A stretch of DNA of 64,000 bases from Anaerolineae bacterium (GTDB lineage Bacteria > Chloroflexota > Anaerolineae > B4-G1 > DUEL01): contig JBDOIF010000014.1 in NCBI GenBank assembly GCA_041082215.1, positions 1 to 64,000 on the forward strand. Direction: 5' to 3'. Of this stretch, positions 56,146 through 64,000 are shown piece by piece. Below the pieces are notes generated by a model that was not told the DNA's origin, did no database searches, and saw only the letters and a list, made by a program, of their open reading frames with translations. Position 1 is the stretch's first letter; each line of letters begins with the position of its first letter. The position numbers were made by a program, and so were the translations under genes.

Positions 56146-58050
56146 CTATTGCCCCCCAGACCCCTCCAGCACCCCCTCGGGGATCGGGCCGAACGAGGCC
56201 TCGATCTCCTCCGGTTCATACAGCTCCAGCATGCACTCCCACCACGAGAGTCCATCCGTCTTCTGAAAATGCCACCACTCGATGTCCGGCCAGAAGTACC
56301 GCCATCGGTAGAGGGCGGCGACCCGCTCCCATCCGTAGTCGGCGGCCAGTGTAGTGAAGTCCACAAAATAGCCAGAAGGGACTCCGTCCAGCAGCCGCCC
56401 TCCCTGCACCGCTGCTGCCCCTCCCTCATCGCGGGCCTTCAGGTCCCATGGGGCCAGCCGGAGCGGTTCCCCCATACTCCCGTCCTGCCGGGCAGCCCGG
56501 ATGAAGACCCGCCAGTAGGTCTCATTCCCCACGTCCTCCCGCACCAATTGGACCTTCTGGTCCTCCTCGTCGTAGTACGCCTGATTGATGTCAAAGGCCC
56601 GCCCGCAGACGTGGTAACTCATCCGGGACTGGCCCGGACGGGGGGTATGGTCCATCGGTCGCCAGGCGGAGCCAAGCACCGCCAGGTAATCCCAGCCGGT
56701 CTCCTCCAGGACCCGCTGTCGGAGGGCCTTGAAGCTGTCATCTACCCGGTCGCTTAACCGGGCCTGTTCGTCCCCCCCGTTCACATCCGGTAGATAGACC
56801 AGGCGGTAAGGGGGGCCGGAGGGAGGGGGGGACTGAACCAGTTCGGTGTAGAGGGGAGGCTCGCCGACCAGCTCGGCGGCACGGGCGCGGGCAATGGCCC
56901 GGGAGGAGAGAGGGATGGGGCTCCACACCGGGGCGTCTATCGGCCCTTCGGCGCTGTAGACCTCCTGGGAAAGCCCCCATCCGAGGAGACTGGAGGCGAT
57001 CAGGTAGGAACGGTCTTCCCGCCGGTAGACGGTGATCAGGCTTCCCCCGTCGGGCGCCCAGGCAGGGGAGGCGCCGGAGCCGAAAAGGTCGGTGGAGGTG
57101 AGGTGAAGGGCCGGGTGGGTCCCTGTGATCTCCTCCGTCCGCCACTCCAGCCGGCTGACCTGGACTGTGGAGTAGCCAGCCCGGCCGATGGTGTAGGCCA
57201 ATCGCTCCCCTTCGGGCGACCAGGCGGGGTCCGACTCGTCGGCGCTGGGGCTCTGGGTCACATTGATCTCCGTGCCCCCCCCCTCCCCCTCCAGGAGGTA
57301 GAGGAACACGTCCTGATTTCCCCCTCGATAGGAGACAAAGGCGATCATCCGTCCGTCGGGCGACCAGGTGGGGCTGTAATCGGGGGCTGGGTCGGTGGTG
57401 AGCCGGCGGACGTTACGCCCGTCCGCGTCCATCAGATAGATATCCAGGTTGCCGCCCCGGTAAGATTCGAAGGCGATGGTGCGTCCGTCGGGCGACCAGG
57501 TGGGGTTTCCGTCGTAGGCGGGGTCGCGGGTGAGGCGGATCAGTGCGCCTCCCTCCAGATCAAGGAGGTACACGTCCCAGTTGCCCCCTCGTCGGGAGGC
57601 AAAGGCCAGCATCTGCCCGTCGGGCGACCAGGCAGGGTCCCGCTCCTCCGCCGGGTCGCTGGTCAGTCGGACCACCTGGCGGGTGGCCTGGTTAATGGCG
57701 TAGATGTCGGCGTTGCCGTTGTGGCGGAGGACGAAAGCCACCGCCCCGCCGCTGCCGAAGGGAGTGGGGCTGGGACCAGGGGTGGGGCTGGGGCCGGGGG
57801 TGGGAGAGACCACGACGGTGACGTAAGGGGGGCGGGCCAGGAGCGCGCTTCCGGTCCGGTAAAGGGCGAAGCCCAGCAGGAGAAGGACGATGAGGTTGGC
57901 GATGATCAGCAGGGCCAGCAGCCGCAGCGCGCGGGGAGTGAGAGTCACCGGGCCGGCGGCCTGGATCGGGCGTGCCAGCTTCCGGACAGCCTGGACTATC
58001 CGGCCTGCCAGTCGCTGCAGTACGCCGGGAGGGGGGTCAAGGGCAGCCAT
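56146..58050 (-). CDS. Membrane-anchored TolB-like (PD40) propeller fused to an M15-type metallopeptidase domain
   Basis: TM, PT linker, repeated P.WSPDG; SYHVCGRAFD and EWWH zinc motifs. Confidence 0.82.
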   Translation of the reverse strand: MAALDPPPGVLQRLAGRIVQAVRKLARPIQAAGPVTLTPRALRLLALLIIANLIVLLLLGFALYRTGSALLARPPYVTVVVSPTPGPSPTPGPSPTPFGSGGAVAFVLRHNGNADIYAINQATRQVVRLTSDPAEERDPAWSPDGQMLAFASRRGGNWDVYLLDLEGGALIRLTRDPAYDGNPTWSPDGRTIAFESYRGGNLDIYLMDADGRNVRRLTTDPAPDYSPTWSPDGRMIAFVSYRGGNQDVFLYLLEGEGGGTEINVTQSPSADESDPAWSPEGERLAYTIGRAGYSTVQVSRLEWRTEEITGTHPALHLTSTDLFGSGASPAWAPDGGSLITVYRREDRSYLIASSLLGWGLSQEVYSAEGPIDAPVWSPIPLSSRAIARARAAELVGEPPLYTELVQSPPPSGPPYRLVYLPDVNGGDEQARLSDRVDDSFKALRQRVLEETGWDYLAVLGSAWRPMDHTPRPGQSRMSYHVCGRAFDINQAYYDEEDQKVQLVREDVGNETYWRVFIRAARQDGSMGEPLRLAPWDLKARDEGGAAAVQGGRLLDGVPSGYFVDFTTLAADYGWERVAALYRWRYFWPDIEWWHFQKTDGLSWWECMLELYEPEEIEASFGPIPEGVLEGSGGQ

Positions 58051-58102
58051 CGAAAATAGTATACAACGGGGCCGCCAGAATGGGAAGCGGGGGCATCAGA
58101 AA

Positions 58103-58294
58103 AGCTGTAGTTCAGTCTGGGGGCGAGATGTCCCTGGCCCGGGCCGGACCTGGGGAAACGCGAATGGCGCGAAAGGAAACGAATACCGCGAACGGGGCAG
58201 GGATCCCTCCTGTTCGCGATATTCGGCCCATTTGTGGGATTCGCGATCCACCGGCGGGCAAGCGGACCACTCGCCCCGAAATTGAAACACGCCC
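58103..58294. mobile_element. MITE-like element (192 bp)
   Basis: Imperfect 25-bp TIRs AGCTGTAGTTCAGTCTGGGGGCGAG / CTCGCCCCGAAATTGAAACACGCCC; internal CGAAT/ATTCG repeats. Confidence 0.7.
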
Positions 58295-58308
58295 CATCAA
58301 AAAAGGGC

Positions 58309-58337
58309 TTGCGGGCGGGGGTGAAGGTGAGTATAAT
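58309..58337 (+). promoter_or_regulatory. Sigma70-like promoter
   Basis: TTGCGG-17 nt-TATAAT just upstream of the kinase RBS. Confidence 0.6.
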
Positions 58338-58348
58338 GAAAAACGGAG

Positions 58349-60589
58349 GTGAGGGTGAAGAGGGTTGAGGATTCCCTGGCGTTACGTCTCTTCGCCTGGG
58401 GTCTGCTGCTCGTAGGGGGAGGGCTGCTCATCCTTTTTTCATACAGATTTCCCCTCCACGTCTGGCTCCCCCTCCTCTTCCTCGTCCCCCTGGCTCTGCT
58501 GGTAGACTCCTTCACGTTTCAGTTAGCGGGAGGAGTTTATCTCTCCTTCGAAACGGTCGTCTGCCTTTTCTGCGCGCTGTTGCTGGGGCCGGTAATCGCA
58601 GCCTGGATGGCAAGCATCGGCGTGCTGCTGGATGAGCTTTTCCTCCTCCGGCGCGGCCCCCACGTTGCCGCCCGCTCCGCTGGTATGTATGCCCTGATGT
58701 GGCTGGTCGGCGGGCTGGCCTATCAGGCCGTCGGGGGCACCTTCCCTCTGATGCAACTGGAGTGGATAGACCTGCTCCGCGCGCTGTTCCTCTTCCTGGT
58801 CGCCGCGCTGGTCAACCGGACGGCGATGGGGATCGAACGGCTGCTCCGTGGCCTTTCCCTGCGCGAATATCTGGTTTATATAGCCCCGAGGACCCTGCTG
58901 ATCGAAATAGGGTTCGTGGTGATCGGCGCTGTGATGGCGGTTACCTATACCCGGATCGGGCCGATCGCGGTCACGCTGTTGATGGCGGTGATGCTGCTGG
59001 CCCTGGCGATGTTCCGTCAATTGAGGGAGGTCTCCCAAAAGCTGGAGCGGCGGCTGGCCCTGCTGGGAGGGCTGAACTACGTCGGGCGGCTCATCGGTGC
59101 GTCGCTGGAGCTGGATCGCCTGCTGGACCTGGTGTACGAGGGGGTCAGCAACCTCTTCGACGCTTCCCTTCTCTGCATCGCCCTCTACGACCCGGAACGG
59201 AAAGAGCTGTCCTGCCAGGTCCTCTACGACAAAAACGGGCGGCACATGGACCAGCCCCATGAATGGCTCTCAGAGCTGGCGGCCTACCTGGTCGAACGGC
59301 GGGAGCTGGTGCTGGCCCGCAACGCCGAAGAAGTCGGACGGCTGCCGGTTTCTCCAGAGGGCGCCGGGAGCAGTGAGGCCCCCCAGTCGGTCCTCGGCGT
59401 GCTGATGATGTCCAAAGGAAGGGCTGTTGGGGCGATCGTGGCCCAAAGCCCCCGGCCGGATGCCTTCGCGCAGGAGGATCAGGAGGCTATGATGACGCTG
59501 GCCAATCAGGCCGCGATCGCTCTGGAGAACGTCCGGCTTTTTCGGGAGGTGGAACAAAGCCGGGGGTATCTGCGGGCAGTGCTGGATGCGGTGGACAACG
59601 CCCTGGTGGTGACCGATATGAGTGGGCGGGTCCGGTTGATCAACCGGGCCGTAAAGGAGCTGTTCGGCCTTTCGGAGGAGCGGGCGCTGGGTTACCCCCT
59701 GCGGGAAGTGGTCCGCCATCCGGTGCTGGTCGGCCTGGCGGAGCGGATCGCCCGGGGCGAGGTGGTCGGATCCGAGGTCGTGCAGATGGAGCTGGACGAC
59801 GGCAGGGCCCTGATGGGTTATCTGGACCCGGTCATTGACCCCCAGAGAGAACGGATCGGCTATGTAATCGCTCTGGCCGATGTCACCGCGATCCACGAGC
59901 TGAGCGAGCTGAAGTCCACGATGATCCGCGTCGCCTCCCACGACCTGCGCAACCCTCTCCACCTGGCAGCGGGTTTTTTCCGCATCCTGCTGGACGACCT
60001 CCCCCAGCTTTCCGAGCTGCAGAAGGACCTGGCCCATCGGGTGCAGACCAATCTGGATACGATAGGGCGGCTGATTGACGAGTTGCTCAATCTGGAGCGG
60101 GTCGAGGAGGCCCAGTTTACCCGTCAGGAGCCGGTGGACATGGGGGCAGTGGCCCAGGAGGTGGTGCAGAGCCAGTTCCTTCGGGCAGAGCTGAAGCGGC
60201 AGCGGCTCTGGGTGGAGGTCGAAGGCGGCCCTCACAGGGTGAAGGGCAACCGCCGGATGCTTGCCCAGGCCCTGACCAACCTGGTGGATAACGCGATCAA
60301 GTACACGCCAGAGGGGGGAGAGATCGAGGTGCGGGTCCGTTCGGAAGGAAAACGGGTCTTCCTCTCCGTTCGGGATACGGGCGTTGGCATCCCCCCGGAG
60401 GTTCAGCCGCGCATCTTCGAGCAGTTCTTCCGCGCCAGACAGCCCGGCACAGAGGAGGTATCCGGCACAGGGGTCGGGCTGAGCCTGGTGCAGCAGATCG
60501 TCCAGCAGCACGGCGGGCAGGTTTGGGTGGAGAGCGAGGGGATCCCCGGCAAGGGCTCCACCTTTCATATCGCCCTGCCGGCCCTCTGA
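58349..60589 (+). CDS. Membrane sensor histidine kinase (multi-TM, GAF, PAS, HisKA, HATPase)
   Basis: LANQAAIALEN, ASHDLRNPL, NLVDNAIKYT, DTGVGI, GTGVGL. Confidence 0.93.
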   Translation: MRVKRVEDSLALRLFAWGLLLVGGGLLILFSYRFPLHVWLPLLFLVPLALLVDSFTFQLAGGVYLSFETVVCLFCALLLGPVIAAWMASIGVLLDELFLLRRGPHVAARSAGMYALMWLVGGLAYQAVGGTFPLMQLEWIDLLRALFLFLVAALVNRTAMGIERLLRGLSLREYLVYIAPRTLLIEIGFVVIGAVMAVTYTRIGPIAVTLLMAVMLLALAMFRQLREVSQKLERRLALLGGLNYVGRLIGASLELDRLLDLVYEGVSNLFDASLLCIALYDPERKELSCQVLYDKNGRHMDQPHEWLSELAAYLVERRELVLARNAEEVGRLPVSPEGAGSSEAPQSVLGVLMMSKGRAVGAIVAQSPRPDAFAQEDQEAMMTLANQAAIALENVRLFREVEQSRGYLRAVLDAVDNALVVTDMSGRVRLINRAVKELFGLSEERALGYPLREVVRHPVLVGLAERIARGEVVGSEVVQMELDDGRALMGYLDPVIDPQRERIGYVIALADVTAIHELSELKSTMIRVASHDLRNPLHLAAGFFRILLDDLPQLSELQKDLAHRVQTNLDTIGRLIDELLNLERVEEAQFTRQEPVDMGAVAQEVVQSQFLRAELKRQRLWVEVEGGPHRVKGNRRMLAQALTNLVDNAIKYTPEGGEIEVRVRSEGKRVFLSVRDTGVGIPPEVQPRIFEQFFRARQPGTEEVSGTGVGLSLVQQIVQQHGGQVWVESEGIPGKGSTFHIALPAL

Positions 60590-60599
60590 GTGGTCCTCC

Positions 60600-62000
60600 C
60601 TATCCCCTTTTCCTCCGCTGCCTCGGTTTTCCCCTGTAGGCCGGAGCGAGGATAGCGAACAGCGTACACCGGCTCACGTCCAGCATCCGGGTCGCCAGCC
60701 GGGGGTCCAGCTCCTCAATGGGCGTTGCTGTAGTGACCACGGTGGGCAGCCGGGCGTTGTAGCGGTAGTCGAAGATCTGGTAGAGCTTCTCCCGCGCCCA
60801 GGGGGTTGCGGACTCGGTTCCCAGGTCGTCCAGGACGAGGAAGGGAGCCCGCCGCACCTCTTCGAACCGCTTGTCGAAGGGAACCGTGCTCTGGGGGCTG
60901 AAGGTGGCCCGGAGGTGGTCCAGCAGGTCCGGCACGACCACGAAGAGGACGGGGTGGCCCTGTCGGGCGCGGTAGTTGGCGACGGCGGCGGCCAGGTGGG
61001 TCTTGCCGCAGCCAAAGGGGCCGGTGAAGGCCAGCCAGCCGGAGGGGTTTTCGGCGAAGGCGCGGGCGGTCTCGACCGCCCGCCGCAGGTTCTGGGCCTC
61101 CTCTCTGGGCAACTCCCCCTCCCGCAGCTCAAAGGTCTCAAAGGTCTGATGGCTGTGGAGGTGAAGGGTGCCCAGGTCGGAGTGTTCGGCGAAGACACCG
61201 GCCTGGCGGAAGTCGGGGGCCAGGATGGTGACCACCCGCGTCAGATCGGGGTCCACCAGCCGGGAGCGGACCCGCAGGGGGATCTCCTCCAGCTCGTGGT
61301 TGGTGGTGATGACGGTGGGGAGTCGGGCGTTGTAGCGGTAGTTGAGGATCTGGAAGAGCTTCTCCTGGGCCCAGAAGGTGGGGGCCTCGGTCCCCAGATC
61401 GTCCAGGATGAGGAGAGGGGCTGTACGGACCTCCTCGAACCGTTCGTCGTAGCGGGCGGGGCTGCTGGGGCTGAAGGCGGCCCGCAGGTGGTCAAGGAGG
61501 TCGGGTACGGTGACAAAGAGGACGGGTTGGCCTCGCTCGATGGCGCGGTTGGCGATGGCTGCGGCCAGATGGGTCTTGCCGCAGCCGTAGCCTCCTTTGA
61601 GCAGGAGCCAGCCGGAGGGGTTTTCGGCGAAGGCGCGGGCGGCCTCATAGGCGTGGCGGAGGTTTTCCCGCTTTTCGGGCGGCAGGCCCCGGCCTTCGGG
61701 CTCAAAGCTCTCGAAGGTCATATAGGCCAGCGCCTCCAGGTTGCTGAGGGCCCGCAGGTGGGCGATCCGCCGCTCCCGCATCTCCGCCAGCCGGCAGACG
61801 CAGGGGAGCAGCTTACCGAAATCCGGGTGGTCCACCGGCACGTCGGCGCGGACGTAGCCCAGCCCGCTGCAGTGGGGGCAGACCCCCTCTTCCTGCTTTC
61901 TGCTCCTTGCCCCCTGTCCCTCAACGCTCAATGTACTCGCCGTACTCTCCCTCGATGTAGCGTCGGCGATCTCCTTCACGATCTCGCCGAGACGTTTCAT
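60600..62000 (-). CDS. DnaC/DnaI-like helicase loader with two tandem IstB-type AAA+ domains
   Basis: CPHC...PCVC zinc motif; twice G.GKTHLAAA / LDDLGTE / RYNARLPT; ATG 62000 after GGAGGGAGG. Confidence 0.87.
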   Translation of the reverse strand: MKRLGEIVKEIADATSRESTASTLSVEGQGARSRKQEEGVCPHCSGLGYVRADVPVDHPDFGKLLPCVCRLAEMRERRIAHLRALSNLEALAYMTFESFEPEGRGLPPEKRENLRHAYEAARAFAENPSGWLLLKGGYGCGKTHLAAAIANRAIERGQPVLFVTVPDLLDHLRAAFSPSSPARYDERFEEVRTAPLLILDDLGTEAPTFWAQEKLFQILNYRYNARLPTVITTNHELEEIPLRVRSRLVDPDLTRVVTILAPDFRQAGVFAEHSDLGTLHLHSHQTFETFELREGELPREEAQNLRRAVETARAFAENPSGWLAFTGPFGCGKTHLAAAVANYRARQGHPVLFVVVPDLLDHLRATFSPQSTVPFDKRFEEVRRAPFLVLDDLGTESATPWAREKLYQIFDYRYNARLPTVVTTATPIEELDPRLATRMLDVSRCTLFAILAPAYRGKPRQRRKRG

Positions 62001-62598
62001 CCTCCCTCCCTTCGGCATGCCACCTTTCCAGGATGGCGCGGATATACCTCCAGCTCCGTTTGTTGAGGGCCACCGCTTCGCGGAAGGCGGCCTCGATCCA
62101 CTCGTCGGGGTAGAGCTCTTCGGCCTCTTTCAGCTCCTCGGCGATGAGGGGAGTGAGGGGGCCGATGTTTTCCTCGTAGAGGACGAAGATGTTGGTGCGC
62201 GGGGCGGGTATCGCCTCCGGCAGCCGCTCCCCCCGCCGGAGCGCTTCCAGCGCGGCCCGTCCGCGGGGGGAGTTGGCAAAGTAGATCATTTCCATCTGTC
62301 CGTCGAGTTCCGCCTCCATCCGCAGGAGCGTCCCCCGCTCCACAGCCCGGTCCAGCGCCCTCTCCAGGGTTGCCCCCGTCGCCTGGCTCAGCCCCTCCAG
62401 CAGGGGCCGGTCCTCCAGCAGCTCCCGGTGGCGCACGTACCGAACCTGCCCCTGCTGCCGGGCCAGCCGGTAGAGGACGTAAAGGGAAACCTTGAGCTCG
62501 TCCAGATCGTCGAGGAGCGGGAGGAGCTCGGTGAAGACGGCCTCGGGGAGGCCGACGGTGCGCACTTTGCCGGGAGGGAAACCGCTGAAGGCTTTCAT
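61921..62598 (-). CDS. DnaD-domain protein
   Basis: NIFVLYEENIGPLTP...WIEAAFREAV..NKRSWRYIRAILERW. Confidence 0.87.
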   Translation of the reverse strand: MKAFSGFPPGKVRTVGLPEAVFTELLPLLDDLDELKVSLYVLYRLARQQGQVRYVRHRELLEDRPLLEGLSQATGATLERALDRAVERGTLLRMEAELDGQMEMIYFANSPRGRAALEALRRGERLPEAIPAPRTNIFVLYEENIGPLTPLIAEELKEAEELYPDEWIEAAFREAVALNKRSWRYIRAILERWHAEGREDETSRRDREGDRRRYIEGEYGEYIER

Positions 62599-62605
62599 AC
62601 GGGAT

Positions 62606-63949
62606 TCAGGAGAACTCCACCGGCCGGATGCGCGTTTCCGCATCCAGGAACTGGGCCAGTTGCTGGCGGAAGAAGAGCTGCACCACGCCGGTGGGGCCGT
62701 TGCGGTGCTTGGCGACGATGACGTCAGCGATGTGCTGCCGCTCTGTCTCCGGCCTGTACAGCTCTTCCCGATAGATGAACATCACCACGTCCGCGTCCTG
62801 CTCAAGACTTCCGCTTTCCCTTAAATCCGACAGCACCGGCCGCTTATCCGTCCGCTGTTCCACGGCGCGGGAGAGCTGGGAAGCGGCCACCAGCGGCACG
62901 TCCAGCTCCCGGGCCAGTCCTTTGAGCATACGGGAGATGTAGGAGACCTCCTGCACACGGTTCTCCGCCCGCACGTCGCTGCTCATCAGTTGCAGATAAT
63001 CCACCACGATCAGGTCCAGCCCGTGCTCGGCGTGGATGCGCCGGGCCTTGGTGCGGAGCTGGAGGGCGGAGATGGACGGCGTGTCGTCAATGAAGATGGG
63101 CAGTTCGGACAGCACCCCCGTCGCCTGGACGAAGAGCGGCCACTCGTCTTCCTCCAGCTGGCCCAGCCGGAGCCGCTGGGCGTCAATGCCGGTCTCCGCG
63201 GAGACCAGCCGCTGCACCACCTGCTCGGCGGACATCTCCAGGCTGAAGATGGCAACGTGTTTGCCCAGCCGGGCGGCGTTGCGGGCAAAGGAGAGGCAGA
63301 GAGCGGTCTTCCCCACCCCGGGCCGGGCGGCCACGATGATCAGGTCCGACTTCTGCAACCCCCCCAGCAGCCGGTCCAGGTCTATAAATCCCGTGGGCAC
63401 CCCCAATGGCTCGCCCCGGTGGTCGTAGAGATACTCGATCCGGTCGTAGTAGGCCCGGATGACCTCCTGGATGGGGGCCAGGTCGCGGGTGATGCGGCGC
63501 TGAGAGATGCTGAAGAGGGCCTGCTCAGCCTGGTCTATCACCTCGTTGATGTCCTGCTGTTCTTTGTAAGCCAGTTGAGCGATGTCGCTGGCGGCGTTGA
63601 TGAGGCGGCGGCGGACGGCAGCTTCTTCTACGATGCGGCCGTAGGCCTCGACGTGGATGGCGGTGGGGACCGCGTCAATGAGCTGAGCGATGTAGGCTGC
63701 GCCGCCCACCTCTTCCAGGAGTCCCTGGGCCTCCAGCTCATTGCGCAGGGTCACGAAGTCCACCGGCTCCCGCCGCTCATGGAGGCCCAGGATAGCCTCG
63801 TAGATCCAGCCGTTCCTCTGGACGTAGAAGTCCTCCGGGCGGAGGAAGGGGGCGACGCGAAAGAGGGCCTCCGGATCGATCAGGAGGGCCCCCAGCACCG
63901 CCTCTTCGGCCTCTATGTTATGGGGGACTGTCTTCTCGGGGGCGGCCAT
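62606..63949 (-). CDS. dnaB: Replicative DNA helicase
   Basis: [52 protein letters not shown]; no intein. Confidence 0.97.
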   Translation of the reverse strand: MAAPEKTVPHNIEAEEAVLGALLIDPEALFRVAPFLRPEDFYVQRNGWIYEAILGLHERREPVDFVTLRNELEAQGLLEEVGGAAYIAQLIDAVPTAIHVEAYGRIVEEAAVRRRLINAASDIAQLAYKEQQDINEVIDQAEQALFSISQRRITRDLAPIQEVIRAYYDRIEYLYDHRGEPLGVPTGFIDLDRLLGGLQKSDLIIVAARPGVGKTALCLSFARNAARLGKHVAIFSLEMSAEQVVQRLVSAETGIDAQRLRLGQLEEDEWPLFVQATGVLSELPIFIDDTPSISALQLRTKARRIHAEHGLDLIVVDYLQLMSSDVRAENRVQEVSYISRMLKGLARELDVPLVAASQLSRAVEQRTDKRPVLSDLRESGSLEQDADVVMFIYREELYRPETERQHIADVIVAKHRNGPTGVVQLFFRQQLAQFLDAETRIRPVEFS

Positions 63950-63955
63950 TGTCCG

Positions 63956-64000
63956 TCAGTGGATGGGCAGGTCGTCTATGTCCAGGCTGGAGAGAAAATC
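63956..64000 (-). CDS. 3' end of an upstream gene (possibly DUF151 bifunctional nuclease)
   Basis: DFLSSLDIDDLPIH*, stop 6 nt before dnaB; family guess rests on the acidic tail only. Confidence 0.4.
   Translation of the reverse strand, partial: DFLSSLDIDDLPIH

Noticed and set aside
60600..62000. IS21 IstB or prophage replication module
   Set aside because: No IstA, terminal repeats or phage genes; it lies in a dnaB-dnaD operon.
1..64000. tRNA, rRNA, riboswitch or intron
   Set aside because: None recognised by eye in intergenic regions; a covariance-model search (Infernal/Rfam) would be needed to exclude them.

Overview
High-GC bacterial chromosomal segment. Gene content and protein style suggest Chloroflexota (Anaerolineae-like); this is inference from the dnaB-dnaD-tandem dnaC order, GT-C expansion, Pro/Thr-linker lipoproteins and YLPL-tailed proteins. 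Left to right: (1) an IclR-flanked operon of nitroreductase, V4R-like protein, CoA-transferase A/B, ferredoxin and Liv-type ABC importer; (2) nine consecutive GT-C membrane glycosyltransferases; (3) mazEF; (4) a Tat-lipoprotein, radical SAM/SPASM, NUDIX, GNAT operon behind asnS; (5) ISLre2 and IS66 debris; (6) a LacI-controlled sugar ABC, sucrose-phosphate synthase and fructokinase operon; (7) a secreted/surface-protein locus with its own two-component system; (8) hydrolase, UDG, TolB-M15 peptidase fusion and a histidine kinase; (9) dnaB-dnaD-dnaC. Intergenic DNA and several genes carry MITE, REP-like and heptamer repeats. No rRNA, tRNA or CRISPR array was seen. Best candidates for novelty: the rSAM/SPASM enzyme with a Cys-Tyr-motif Tat lipoprotein, four REP palindromes inserted in-frame at equivalent blade turns of a sensor kinase, the shared YLPL(V/I)xR C-terminal tag, and the nine-gene GT-C array.
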